A stretch of DNA of 47,032 nucleotides from Tubiluchus corallicola. Its lineage: Eukaryota > Animalia > Priapulida. The notes under the pieces are model-generated. The model was not told where the DNA came from and ran no database searches. It saw only the letters and a list, made by a program, of their open reading frames with translations. Location: contig JAQGDQ010001329.1 of NCBI GenBank assembly GCA_030141605.1, positions 1 to 47,032 on the forward strand. Direction: 5' to 3'. Positions 25,086 to 37,790 of this stretch are shown one piece after another. Each line of letters opens with the position of its first letter. Position 1 is the stretch's first letter. The position numbers were made by a program, and so were the translations under genes.

Positions 25086-27530
25086 GCTAAACATCGTACA
25101 ATGAAAAGAACATGATTCTGAATGCTTGTATTTTGAGCATCTACAATCTTACTTATTATTATTTTTTGGCTAAACGAAACCCGGTTTGCAATTTTGACAC
25201 GACACGTCTAATTTTGGTATCATGGGAAATGCAGTAATGTAAGGAAGTCTCTGTACAATTTTTGGCTGGTTTCACGTAGGATTTAAAAGAAACCATGTTA
25301 TCCCATATATTAAGTAAAGGATTCACCTATACACGAAAAAAGTATCTAAGCAAATTTGATTTTCTCATTAATTACCAGACAGTTAAAGTTAGATCGTCTC
25401 TCATTACACAATACGACTTAATTTCGTTTTCCTTGATTGTTCTCATATATATACATAAATAATCCCGAAGGTTTCGATTCTTATAGGTTTTTGTCTTGGT
25501 ACGAAAATACCGCAAACACGAGTTTGTTTCAATTAATTAAAATGTTGTGCGCTTAAGCACGACGTACATTATGTTATTACTTATGCGAAACTTGAAAATT
25601 AAAGAATTTTTTGCAAAATTTTGCGCCTCCGGAAATTTGACGCTCTAGGCAACTGCCTGGCTGGCAAAATTCTCCAATATCCAGCATCCAACAATACTTT
25701 ACAAAATTACAGTATAAAGGGGCACATCACTAAATATATGCTCCTACTAAAAAACTGTTTTGCTTGGTTTTGCTGAAACTCGCTCAGAAACAGTAATTTT
25801 AATTTGATGTGCTCATTTATACACCTGCAGTACCTCTCCATGACCCCACGAAGCCATAAATTTTATTAGGCGTGTCAGTGTATTCTATGGTACTATTTAG
25901 ACTAGTATGTTATACTTGGTAAAACTACACGCCTTGCTACCAAGCTTAACTTCATATTGTCGCTAATTAGACTGTTACAAATATCAATGGGACTTATTGC
26001 ACATAATTTTGCAGTTTCTCTTTGAGTAAATAATAAGTATATAATGGTTGTATGCATGACATGTTGGTGAATACAAATGGAAAGGTATACCTGACTGCTG
26101 TTAACCTAGTGTTCAGTAACTTGAAATTTTCACAAGAAAATTGAGTTAAAGTTTTGCATGCGTTAACAAGCGGGTACTGTCTATCACTATCGGTGTTCCG
26201 ACTACGTTAGCGCTATAGTTTGGTAGTACCTGTATTGTGCCGCATTTTAACATAACGTTTACTTTCGTCGACTTTGACAGACTGTCTCCGCACTCACAGT
26301 GAGCCAATTCGATAGGTCGTCAGTTCACATGGTTTTTGGATTTTTTTAATAAATGTTATGATCTATGTTTTATTTTTTATGAAGAGGCGCGTGTTTAGTA
26401 CATGATTCATGAATGTAAACGTGTGAGGCGAAACAAATGCAGGTATGGTCAAATTTGACAATTTATGTGTGCCAAATCAATTTTTTTATATTAGCTTATA
26501 TGGTTCAGACAACTTTCGTACGATGTTCATCAGAACCGTTTATAGTTATTTAAATATATGACGTTTACATTGGACGATCAGTGAAATTTTTTATAATAAT
26601 GAGCTTAATTTTCTAAATCCATGAATTCGTAAAAAGTTAATAAGCATTCTACTATACATATTAAAGGTCGCCTTCAACTGATTCTTGTTGCTCCAGTACA
26701 CCCATGTACGCTGACCAGTTAATAGGCGCTGACGTCAATATTTGACCCGTGAGCCCCGTAATTATGATAGTGGTACGAAATTCAGCTTGCCCAGGCTATT
26801 TTGACAAGCCACAAGATGAACTACTTGTAGAACTTGCGATGCTTTATTGTAAAATTCATCAAATTATTATTATAATTATTATACAGTAATAATTTTTAGT
26901 TAGTCTTTTAGCGCTATGTTCACTATTTACTATAAGCGAAATAAATTTGCCTTCTAGATAATTTGTTTTCTGTGCATCACGAAATTTTTCCATTTCTATT
27001 GCCTGAATTTTATTTTTCAACATTCAAAAAACATTATAAGAGTAAAGTAATAGCAGTCTTTTTGTCATTAAATTGGCGGGAATTGATAGGAAAATGCACT
27101 TTTTATAACGAGCTTAAGATGAAGATGATGATGCTGCTGATAATGATGATGAAGACAATGATGAAAGTGGTGGTTGGAGTGACGATGGCGATGATATAAA
27201 GATTCATCTATCCCATTCCAGTGGTGACTGCAGTTACGTGTGTGCTATCAGCTTTATGACACATATTTCATCTTTCCACACAACGTTACTTTTTTCAAGA
27301 TAATGCTCAATTTGCCTTTACAAATGTTTAGTTTTTTCCTCTGTGTTAAATGTCCTTAATTTAATTGCATAAAGTCAACTCTTTAATTTCTTGCAGGGTT
27401 GAAAATGGTAAGATGAGAAAAGAAAAACAAGAACAGCAATTAAAATATAGCATGTATCAATCCGGGGATTATTTCATGTAATTCGTATTAAATCTATTAA
27501 ATTGAAGCAAGCTAATCAACGAACACAACA

Positions 27531-28531
27531 ATGCGTCGTGACGAGAAAAATGTAGGACGTAAGCTATGTACACTTCTAGCGGGAGCTGCCGGTTTCCTCG
27601 TGCTCATTGTCATGTCAAAAAATCTACTTTTAAAGAAATCAAATGGAATTGAACTCTTCGAGAACCTGTCGAAAGGCGAAGCTAATGAGGCAAGTAGTAT
27701 GCCTGTTTTCAACGCCAAATCAACAGAAGTTTATCGGGAAAGACTGCAACGTATCAGTGATGTCTGTAAAACTATGAAGGGTTCGTCTATAACGGAAAAC
27801 AACTTAAAGTTCATCTTGGTCAATGATAAATTTAAATTCCTGTACTGCCACATACCAAAGGTCGCCACGACCACTTGGAAATCTGTACTAATGAAAATAC
27901 AACAAGACGCAAATTATATCCTAATCAGAGAGTTCACTTCATACAAAACGAGTATAACCTGGGTATTTATTCAGAATCTCAGAGGCAGTACAGATTGCAG
28001 AATTACTACAAATTCCTGTTCGTTCGTCATCCTCTAGACAGAGTTGTCTCAGCATATCGCGACAAAGTCAATCGAACAGAAGAGGACAGCTTGTACTTCT
28101 TAGTGAAATACTACCTTCAGGGATCAAACGAATATCGCCAACGAGTTGAAACCGAACGAAATCGAACCGTAGACATGAAAAATTTTTCAGAATTTCTTCT
28201 TTTTCTGTTGGATTCAAGTTCTTACATGCCACCTTTCACGAGAAAACGTCACCAGGATCACCACATGTTTGAACATTGGGAACCCTACGTTACTTTGTGC
28301 AATCCTTGTGCCATAGATTATGATTTTATAGGAAAGTACGAAACAATGCATGACGATGCGAGTTATATCCTGAATGAGCTTAATGTCACCAAACTTGTTA
28401 GCTGGCCTAAGAATCGAAGGCCCAAGGTTGAGCATCAAAAGTATTTTCGATCAGTTCCTAGAAACACAACTAAAAAATTGTGTCAACGTTTCAGCGAAGA
28501 CATGGCGCTGTTTGATTACAATTGTTATTAA
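27531..28531 (+). pseudogene. Carbohydrate sulfotransferase (CHST8-14/HNK-1ST, Sulfotransfer_2 family), intronless, one frameshift at ~27895-27915
   Basis: TM helix; 5'-PSB FLYCHIPKVATTTWK in the first frame; 3'-PB KFLFVRHPLDRVVSAYRDK, HWEPYVTLCNPCAIDYDFIGKYETM and EDMALFDY in the second frame. Confidence 0.9.
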
Positions 28532-28676
28532 TTTCCATTATTTTTTCTCAAAAAAATTTGAGATTGATGCCTTTGTAATTAAAATATACAATAGGTACAG
28601 GACATAACTTACTAACGGTTTGTGTTCTATATGCAAAGACAGTTCGTGTCACTACTGCCAGTAAAAATAATTCGTT

Positions 28677-29060
28677 GTATAGCGGATAATCCGTTGTATT
28701 GGTTGTGTGTAGCTGATTATTGATGCTTTAGGAATGGCAAAGCTATGAAGAGTCTGATTATAAAACGACACGTTTATTAAACATCGAACACAATAAATAT
28801 AACAGATAGCAATGCCAAAGGCCCCTGATCTAATGGCTCTCTACGCTCCGGCTCCCAGACTCAGTCTAGTTCTAATTCCTTGAGCTGGGCGCATCTTAGT
28901 AAAGTTATAAATAACAATAATTTTATCCCACGTAACTTCTACAATTGGTATAGAAAGGAAGAAGTGAACGGAACAATAATTAATAATCTCTTCCTCGCCC
29001 TCTTTCTCTAAGTTCCAGGGCCTACCCATGACTGAAAGTCTTGAAAAAGATGCTTGTGAC
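28677..29060 (-). mobile_element. Solo-LTR-like dispersed repeat, copy 2
   Basis: gttgtgtgtagctg...aatggcaaagctatgaaga...tttattaaac...agatagcaatgccaaaggcccctgatct aligns with 40262-40389. Confidence 0.5.
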
Positions 29061-30024
29061 ACAAAAAACTTGTAAGGGTTGCCTTTCTAATTCTTCTTTT
29101 AGCTCAGGTAGGAAGAGTGTTTTCCTTGCGATTTCAAATTTGGCTAAAGAACTATTTTTGCACATCTTTGTTATGAATTTGTTTCAGAATGTCGAATTAT
29201 TTATTAGAAAATAGAATTGAAATCTATCACAAGTGATTGGCGTCTGAAAGAAGATTATTCCGTTCGGCAAAAAAGACTCAACCAGCTTGTATCTTGAATT
29301 TATTGTATGCATGATCATATTTCGGACGACTGTGTAATAACTATAAGTAATAATCAGATCAACCTAGGAAATAGATAACGATAGCCTGAACTCTGTGACA
29401 TTGAAAGGGCTGTTAGCCTATATTGTTTCAGCTAGGGTTAACAATAACAGCTAGTTTATAACACAATACCACAGCACACCATTTCCGAGTTAAATAGCCA
29501 GTGGTCAAACTCCATTGTCCGAGAGTGAAATTCGTGTAGCCAACTCCAACTAATTTAACGAATATTAATGACAGCCTAAAGTAAGGCTATGTGCTACTGG
29601 AACTGGGCCTTGTCCCACTGACAGTAAATTCTTCAAGGCAGTAGTCAAGTCAGAGTGCTCTGACGGCCAGCCACGGAGTGTGTCGTGTCATCTGACAGAG
29701 TGAGAGAGAGATTTTGGGTTGGTTGTTTTCGGTTCGTGACAAAGGACGGAGTGGGCTCTCAAACCAAGGACTCTAAAGGTAGGAGATCGTTTACTATAGC
29801 TCAGCGTAGAGGAAACATCTGCATCATTGGAACTCCAACCACTGGTGCTTAGGATGTCTCGAGTAGAGTTTGGACTTGGCCAATTACAGTCATCTAAGAT
29901 TGGCCAGTCCCCGAGTTAAGTAGCTTTATATACTACTTAGTAAAAGTTGAGTAATTTGTGTTTACTGGTACTAAATTGTACATGTTTTTAAAACAAAGGT
30001 TGTTACGGAATCGTAGAATATTGT

Positions 30025-30700
30025 ATCGACTTCCAAAATTACAGAGGTTTTTCAAAAGGACAGAGGACTTCCAACAGGACAGGGGACTTCCAAGACTACA
30101 GAGGTTCTCCAAAAGAGCAGAGAACTCTCTAAAAGACAGATGACTTCCTAGGAGACAAAGTTCTTCCTAGAGGATTGAACACTTCGAATAGGACAGATGA
30201 CTTCTTTGAAGACGGAAGACCTACTAGAGGACTTCCTAAGCAAGTGAGGGTTTCTAGAACACAAAGGTTTTCCTAGTGGACTTCCTCGAAGGACAGAGGG
30301 CGTCTAAGAGGAAAGAGGATTTGTAAGAGGACAGAAGGCTTCCAAGAGGACAGAGGACTTCCGAGATGAAATCCCAGAGGACACAAGATTTGCAAAAAGA
30401 CAAAATTCTTCCCAAAGGACTTCATGGAGGATACAATACTTCCAAGAGGGCAGATGACTTCCAAGAGGTCAGAAGACTTCCCAGAGGACTTCCTAGAAGA
30501 CAGATGACTTCCTAGAAGACATTGTTCTTCCTAGAGGATTGAACACTTCCAATAGGACAGATGACTTCTTTGAAGACAGAAGCCCTCCTAGAGGTCTTAC
30601 TAGATGCCAGAGGGCATCCTAGAAGCCAAAGGTCTTCCTAGTAGACTTCCTAAAAGACAGAAGACTTCCAGAGGACAGAGGACTTCCAAGAAGACAAATG
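30025..30700 (+). repeat. Degenerate ~18-19 bp satellite, locus 2, with internal higher-order duplication
   Basis: Same gacagaggacttcc unit; ~30135-30290 repeats at ~30500-30660 (ttcttcctagaggattgaacacttc.aataggacagatgacttctttgaagac). Confidence 0.88.
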
Positions 30701-30779
30701 TTTTATTTAAAAAATATTAACAAATTAAACAATTTTTTAAAAAAAAGTTTAACAAATTAGGAACCCGTAGAGTGTCAGA

Positions 30780-31020
30780 GACCCACTACTGAACTATATT
30801 ACATTCTCACAATCCTGTGCCATTCGTTATGGTCTTATAGGAAAGTATGAAGCAACATGCTCAGTGAATTAAATGTGACTGATCTTGTAACCTGCAATAA
30901 AAACAAAGATCTACGATTGTCAATCAAGAATTTTTTAGTATGATTCCTAGATCTGTTACAAAAATTGTGTCATACAATAAGTGAGGATTTGGCATTATTC
31001 GGGTATGAGTGCAGCGAGTT
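30780..31020 (+). pseudogene. Decayed 3' fragment of a second CHST paralog
   Basis: caatcctgtgccattcgttatggtcttataggaaagtatgaa aligns to 28300-28341; translates in pieces to CAIRYGLIGKYE, LSELNVTDLV, KLCHTISEDLALFGYEC (cf. KLCQRFSEDMALFDYNC). Confidence 0.8.
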
Positions 31021-31850
31021 CATAAACTTATCCTCGTCTATAGATTCAATTATTATTCTGACAAAGCGAACAAATGACTTATCTACTGTTAAAATATTAA
31101 CAAATTATTGAATTTGTTCATACATGAAGTATGGCACTAGCCCTCTAATCCCGCAAACACTATTAGTCTAATATTTTTCATGGTGCAGGGTATTATCGCC
31201 CCGTCACTAATGATTTGTAATTTTTAAATTACAAACTCGTTTGTTCTGACTGTAGAAGGTTTTAGATAGTCGCTTTTCTTTTAACTCCAGACAGAATTGA
31301 AAACAAGAAGTGGTACTTAAGTATGTGCCCACGCGCTACCACTCTGCTTTTTTACTGGGAATAACCGAATGCATATATATTAAAATTAAAAAAATTGCAA
31401 TTAATTTTTTGTGCAAATTTCACCGGAAGTTGCTTTGTGCAGTTTTGATAAAAGAAAACGGAAATAAAATAGTTTGTGTAAAATGTGAATAAACAACTCA
31501 GTGTATTTAATAGCCAGTATATTTACTTCGGCATTAATTTTTCGCGCAAGCTTTGCAAATCTTTTTGCGTTTTCGTTACTCTGTTAGAGTTTTCCTAAGT
31601 TTTTTTCTAATGTGTAGTCTAATTGGTATAGAATGTGTTACACGTTTAGGATAAAATTTGGTAGCATGAAGTATGAAGACAAGCTATCCAACAAGATTTA
31701 ATAAAAAGCAAGATGGTGTCATGGGAAAATAAGATTATAAAGAAGACATTGGATAAAAGAGTATGACCAGTGTACAAAAATACGAGTTTGCAAGGCTATG
31801 TTGTTTATAACTGAGTTTTAATTAACATAAATACGCTGAAGGAGCTAAAG

Positions 31851-32480
31851 ATGTTCAACTTTATTCAACTACATAAGAAAAATTGGGAACAATTCAGGCT
31901 ATCGCAAGCTACCCGCATATGTTTTTTACGTTTGTTATTAATTTTCGCTACTTGTCTCTTTATTTACAAGTTTGCGAGTTCATATCACAAACACACGTCA
32001 ACTGTAAAAAAAGCTATCATGGCACTGAAAACGAGTAATTGCTCCGAATACCATATTATAAAAAAACACAGGAAAGAAATGCTGTTGTTTGTTGGCATCA
32101 TAAGTGCACCTATTCGCAGGGAACGACGGGATGCAATCCGATTGACGTGGATGAAATGGTGTCACAGTTTTGACGATGTCATCTGCAAGTTCTTTACTGA
32201 CGAACAGGATCACTTCGGACGCCGATTAAGGGATGAATTGCTTAATCCCTTTATTACTGAAGCCATGTTACACTGTGCTAGCCGAGACACCAGGTGGATA
32301 CAACTTCGGTAGGTGGCTCGCATGGATGATGCATTGGGCTTGGCAAAGATTTGAATTTCAGTATTTCCTGAGAATCGATGATGACACATTTCTGTGAGTT
32401 CCCAGAGTAAAAGCCGATTTTGTCTTCCTGACTAATGACAAGCTGTTGTGGACATACCAAAAATGCGATGGTAAGAATCA
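31851..32480 (+). pseudogene. GT31 beta-1,3-galactosyltransferase-like (B3GALT6-like) gene, disrupted
   Basis: TM helix; LLFVGIISAPIRRERRDAIRLTW; after a frameshift at ~32265-32290 GYNFGRWLAWMMHWAWQRFEFQYFLRIDDDTFL then TGA at 32395-32397 (overlaps a gtgagt, so a donor is not excluded). Confidence 0.82.
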
Positions 32481-33249
32481 TAAAGCAAGTCTGTGCCTGT
32501 GGTCTTTACTATAAATAACTACAGTAAATAAGTATGGTAAAGAATACCTGGATTAGTAATTTCTTGTGGCCAGTGTACAGAGGAATAGCTTTTGGGTTTG
32601 TTTCAATGTCCTAAATATGTAGCCACCTCGATTTCTACCCAGTATGTAAATTGTCGCAACTGCAACAAGTGAACTTATGCACAATATAAGCAGCCAAGCT
32701 TGGCCTCCTAATGTTGTATATCGGTTCACTTGTTACATTTTGTTTATTAGGAGAGGCGATCCTAACGCCAGAACAAAGAATTAGTACAATTATGTCTCTA
32801 CTAACCAAGACATAAAATAAATTATGTCATCACACATTCACAAGAGTGAAATTTAACTTGTCAGAATGTAACTAGAAATGACTTAGGAAGAGGTTCTCGT
32901 GTAAAGAACACTGTAAAAAACACAAAAATAGTACCTTCTATATCAGATTTAGGCAAAGATCACAACATTATTGCCACACGGTGTCAATACTGGCTTCTAG
33001 TTTCTTAAGTCACTTTGATAACTGCTTTCACAATGGTCACAATACAGAGCTTAAATGTTGATATTTAAGAATGTTGAAGAGAGAGAATGTTGGTATTAAT
33101 GCGCCTTGTCGTTTGCTTACCTAACTTATTGCAGTTCTTCTCGCTTCGGGTTAAACAGAAAAAGCCGTTCAAGTTAAAGGCATTCTTCTTTTCCTTCTTC
33201 TTCTTGTTCTGTTACTCTAAACATTTATTGTAGACGTTGAACCTCTATT

Positions 33250-33625
33250 CTTCCTTTATTAGTGCGTCGCACTGTCTCCTGTCTGCAGCATTACAGTATC
33301 AGCTCTTGTAATGCTATAGTTAGGTTTGGTCTCTCCTGATGTAAATCTCTATTAATACTTGATATCCAAGTTGTTTTTTGTATTACTGCAGGTTGTTTTG
33401 TAGGTTTCACTGTTTCATTTAATCTAATCTTAAGACTGTTTCTGTCAGTCGTGTTAAATGTCCTACCAATCTTTGTCTTCTGATTTTAATTTTAGTGTAC
33501 GAACGTTCCAAACTAGTTTTATTACGTAGCTGCAGGTTTGAAATGATATATGGCCATTTTATTTTTAAGATTTATCTGAGTAGACCTCTGTGAAACGCAC
33601 CTAATTCTGCTAATAGTGAAGCCTC
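33250..33625 (-). mobile_element. RTE/RTEX-like LINE 3' fragment
   Basis: LGAFHRGLLR*ILKIKWPYIISN..L...IKIRRQRLVGHLTRL...KTTWISSINRDL...AADRRQ. Confidence 0.72.
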
Positions 33626-36059
33626 ACGTTTCACTCTTGTACATGAAGATACGAGCTAGATATTTCTTTTATTTTTATTACGAAAACACTAAACAACAAT
33701 ACAATATAGCAAAACACATTATGATTATATGGTATACATAGATACTTACTTTCATAATAAAATCGACATGGCATGATATCTATATAAATTGTTGCTTGCA
33801 TTATAGTCAGAAGCATTACTTGGGTGAGTATAGTGATATCTGCATTGAAGGGTCGCAACCTTGTTTTGAGGCATAGTTTCTTGCTGGTTAAAGTTGATTT
33901 AGTTTTTGATAGAACCATACATTGACTGTTGTTTCCTATTTTTGATCTCCACGAATTGCTTGACCCACTTTGCTGGTTGAAAAAGAAAAATTTTCCGCTA
34001 TATTGTCGTATCCCACATTTATATAGGCTCTCAACATAGCAAAAGTTTCGAGTACGTTCAACGCACACTAATCCAGAGACAGTAACTTTCTGTAGGGACA
34101 GAGAGATCAGCAAAGACAGAGAAAATTTTTAATCAAAAATATCTTGTTTACATTTATGGTGTAAGTTCGTACAACAAGGTTCATATCAATGTTAACATTA
34201 TTCTGATTTATAATGTGTCGCAATATGTCTCATTACGTTATATGTTATATAATATCTGCATATTGAATTTCAAATTTTAAATTTCGGGGGCCTGATATGT
34301 GTCATGACGTTGTGGTTGTCCATCAAACTTATGAACAATCAAACATGGAACTTTGGAATCTAGTGAGCAAATCACCGAACTTGGATTACCAAGGAGTAAA
34401 ACACTTTCCTAAAAGTTGCTCTTTAGGACATCGCAATTGTGTAAAACCTTGTCACAATACGACCTTTACTGCTTATTCGTTTTGGAAGGGCGGGGAAGAA
34501 GAATTCAAAAAAAAGAAGCGAAAGACAAAGAAGACGTTGTCATTTAACTAAATTTAAACCTCAGAGCTGAATAATAGCAAAAACCTATTATTATGTAGTT
34601 TTGTATGCTACATCATGTTTAACAAATTGTTACTTAAATACAGTTATTGCAGAATATATATACCAATGCAGAATAATAAGTTAAATCATACATGAAAAAA
34701 ATATAAGTGTCTACGTGCCAAATGTAACGAAGTCGGTAACGAATGCTATTTTATTCTATTTTGCTCTAAACATAACACACTGCTCACAACCTCATTGTAA
34801 ATACAAACACACGTTCTATTCCAGACTTTTACTTTTTAAGCATTGATGACAAACTAACTTGTATGATGCAATCTCATGATGTCACTATTCAATGTGCCGT
34901 AGCTAAGTTTGTTCGCATGTGTATGAAAAATTTTGTTGTATGGATGCCTATTGGTCAAAATTCACTAAATTACTACACTGTAATAAATTGTCTTGTCTTT
35001 GTCTTCGTCTGGCCTCCTCTGACCTCGTTAAAATACTTTTTGGGAGACTGCAACTATAGCTTTTTATCAATTGGTTAAAGGTTATTATGAAGCAACTTCA
35101 CTTATGCAAAATAAAATTTTAAAAACCAATAGCCGCAATCTTGTTTTTGTGACAATATATTACCTCATTTACATAATCTACATCATTTACCTACAACATC
35201 ATTTATATTAATATATTAACTAGCAAAGGCCACGCAAAAAAAATTTGTGTATAAATACTTATAATCAATAATACGCGAACATCCTACATATTCCTCATTT
35301 ATAACGCAAAATCAGCAGCAGCTTTTCCTGAATTAAAGTTATAAGGTATAGACAGAGTATAATGGATGGCGTCATAACAATGGCTTTGCGTCAGCAGTTT
35401 TCCAAGCAAAAAACGCCCAAAATGGAAGCTCCTTTTAACTTATCATTGCTCCTTATGATGGAGATAATCTACACAATCTAAAATATCTACACTTAAGCAA
35501 AATAAGGAGTTTAATAAGAATAGATGAAATGTTAACAATTACTGGGCATCTTGTACAGATTCGACAAAAGGTGCACCAATTCTACAATTGCACCAAAGTT
35601 GCTAGATATCTGTTTTAGTCCAGTCTAGTGTCGGGGATGCTTTCTCTACAACTCTCAATGTTAAACTACTCCAAGATGAAGTATATAACGACATGCTTGA
35701 AGCTATATTTTCAAGCATATTTTGGCTTAGGCATATATTGTTCGTTACTTCATTCATGTGCTGGAGGCTTATTTAATACAAAAAAGCGAAATTCCACATA
35801 TAATTTCAAGAAACCTAGAGATATATTTCTTATTTTTTAAAAAACACAAAAATAATATCCATCACAGAACAAAACAGAAGTAATTCATCTAAGTGCTTTC
35901 ACAGTTTGCAAATGTGCAATAGTTAGTTAGTTACTATTGCTAGTTATTATAAAGATAATGGAAAGATCCAAATAAAGTAAGCACAAATTACATACATCTT
36001 GTCTATGCAACTTAATGAATAAATCCATGAAAACTTTGATTTATAGCAAATTAGACATA

Positions 36060-36596
36060 AAACGTTATAAATAAGAACTTAATAATTGACTAAATGTTTA
36101 CTGGGCATTTGTGAGTCTGTTTACTGAGGTTCGACCTACACCCTTGTGCAATTTATTTGCATTAAAACCGAAAACTTGGTTATTTGCACTACATACTGCC
36201 ATATAAAGTCTATCTACTTTTAGTACATGATTATAGTTTGATTATAGGCCACAAATTCTCAATGGGGTTGAGGTCGGAGAAGTCTCCCGGCCAATTCACT
36301 ACCGTAATTTTTATTTTCTTCATGTATTCCATCAGTTTTTTTGTCTTCTGACATGGCGCAGAGTCCTGTTGAAATATTCCAAATCCATCCAGAAAAGTGC
36401 TTTCAAGATCCCAGACGACTTTTTTGTCTTAAACCTTTGTGTATCTGAATTCATCATTCATTCTATGGGCAGCAATGACCTAATGCCGTAATAACTGAAA
36501 GTACCCCAAAACATCTTCTTGGGGGTGGATGCTTTATAGATTGATCAATATTGCACTCACATATGGGTTCTCCAATGGATCGACGGACGTGCGTTG
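36060..36596 (-). mobile_element. Tc1-family DD34E transposase C-terminal fragment, decayed
   Basis: HVRRSIGE...SIKHP, then IFQQDSAPC...NWPGDFSDLNPIENLW with 34 residues counted between D and E; stops and frameshifts present. Confidence 0.88.
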
Positions 36597-37205
36597 TCCA
36601 AACAAAGTTTTTGGGAATTCGCCGGACAAAGTTTTGCACAAATTCGCCAAACAAAGTTTCTGGGAATTCGCCGGACAAAGTTTTGTGCAAATTCACCATA
36701 CAAAGTTTTTGGGAATTCGCCGGACAAAGTTTTGTGCAAATTTGCAGGACAAAGTTTTTGCTCAAATTCGCCAAACAAAGTTTTTGGGAATTCGCCAAAC
36801 AAAGTTTTGTGCAAATTCGCCATACAAAGTTTTTGGGAATTCGCTGGACAAAGTTTTGTGCAAATTCGCCATAGAAAGTTTTTGGGAATTCGCCGGACAA
36901 AGTTTTGCGCAAATTCGCCATACAAAGTTTTTGGGAATTCGCCGGACAAAGTTTTGCGCAAATTCGCCATACAAAGTTTTTGGGAATTCGCCGGACAAAG
37001 TTTTGCGCAAATTCGCCAAGCAAAGTTTTTGGGAATTCGCCGGACAAAGTTTTGCGCAAATTCGCCATACAAAGTTTTTGGGAATTCGCCGGACAAAATT
37101 TTGTGCAAATTCGCCGGACAAAGTTTTGCGCAAATTCGCCAAACAAAGTTTTTGGAAATTCGCCGGACAAAGTTTTGGAGTAATTTGCCAGACAAAGTTT
37201 TCGAA
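36597..37205. repeat. Tandem array of a 49-bp dimer (25+24 bp related subunits), ~12 copies
   Basis: ttcgccggacaaagttttgcgcaaa + ttcgccatacaaagtttttgggaa. Confidence 0.96.
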
Positions 37206-37424
37206 CAAATTGTGCAAAGACGAATCACTGTGATCAAATGCAAATGCGTAGTTCAGTCCCTTCATCAAACCATGAACTTAGGGGGTCACTAAGAACACAC
37301 GAACAACAGCTGCTCAGCCGAACTATTTAGCCATGCTAATTCATAAAATATGAAATGTAAAAATGTTTAATTTTGTGACATTGAGCACGAGTTCCTTCAC
37401 TCGATGTGTTTTTTTATTATCTTT

Positions 37425-37790
37425 CTACTAGAAAGTCCTGCTTTGTTTTCTAAGAAGTCCTTTGTGTTCTAGGAAGTCCTCTTTCCTCTAGAAAGTCCTC
37501 TGTCAACGTGGAACTCCTCTGTCTTCCTGGAAGTCTTCTGTCCTCATTCTACATCTGCGTTCTGTCCTCTCGGAAGTGCTCCGTCCTCTAGGAAGTCCTC
37601 CGTCCTCGAGGAAGTCTTCTGTCATTTTGGAAGTAATCTGTCCTACAGGAAGTCTTATGTCTTTGAAGAAGTCCTCCAGTCCTCTGTCATCTTTGAAGTT
37701 CTCTGTCCTCTTGGAAGTCATGTGTCCTCTGTCCTCTAGGATACGCCTATCCTCTAGGATGTCTGACTTCAAAGAAGAATGATTCAATTC
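37425..37790 (-). repeat. Degenerate ~18-19 bp satellite, locus 3 (inverted)
   Basis: ggaagtcctctgtc motifs are the reverse complement of the unit at 24.8 kb and 30 kb. Confidence 0.85.

Noticed and set aside
26963-27199. Met-rich ORF
   Set aside because: Degenerate (GAT)n low-complexity tract.
29560-30025. Further solo LTR candidates here, at ~9100-9660 and ~20700-21075
   Set aside because: LTR-like composition only; no second copy, clear TG..CA ends or TSD.
4315-32480. Glycan genes as Maverick cargo or a bacterial operon
   Set aside because: They lie outside the 40923 terminus, are AT-rich, interspersed with LINE relics, and one has GT-AG introns.
36463-37292. Several overlapping 90-235 aa ORFs
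   Set aside because: Produced by the stop-free 49-bp repeat on both strands; no coding signal apart from the Tc1 tail.
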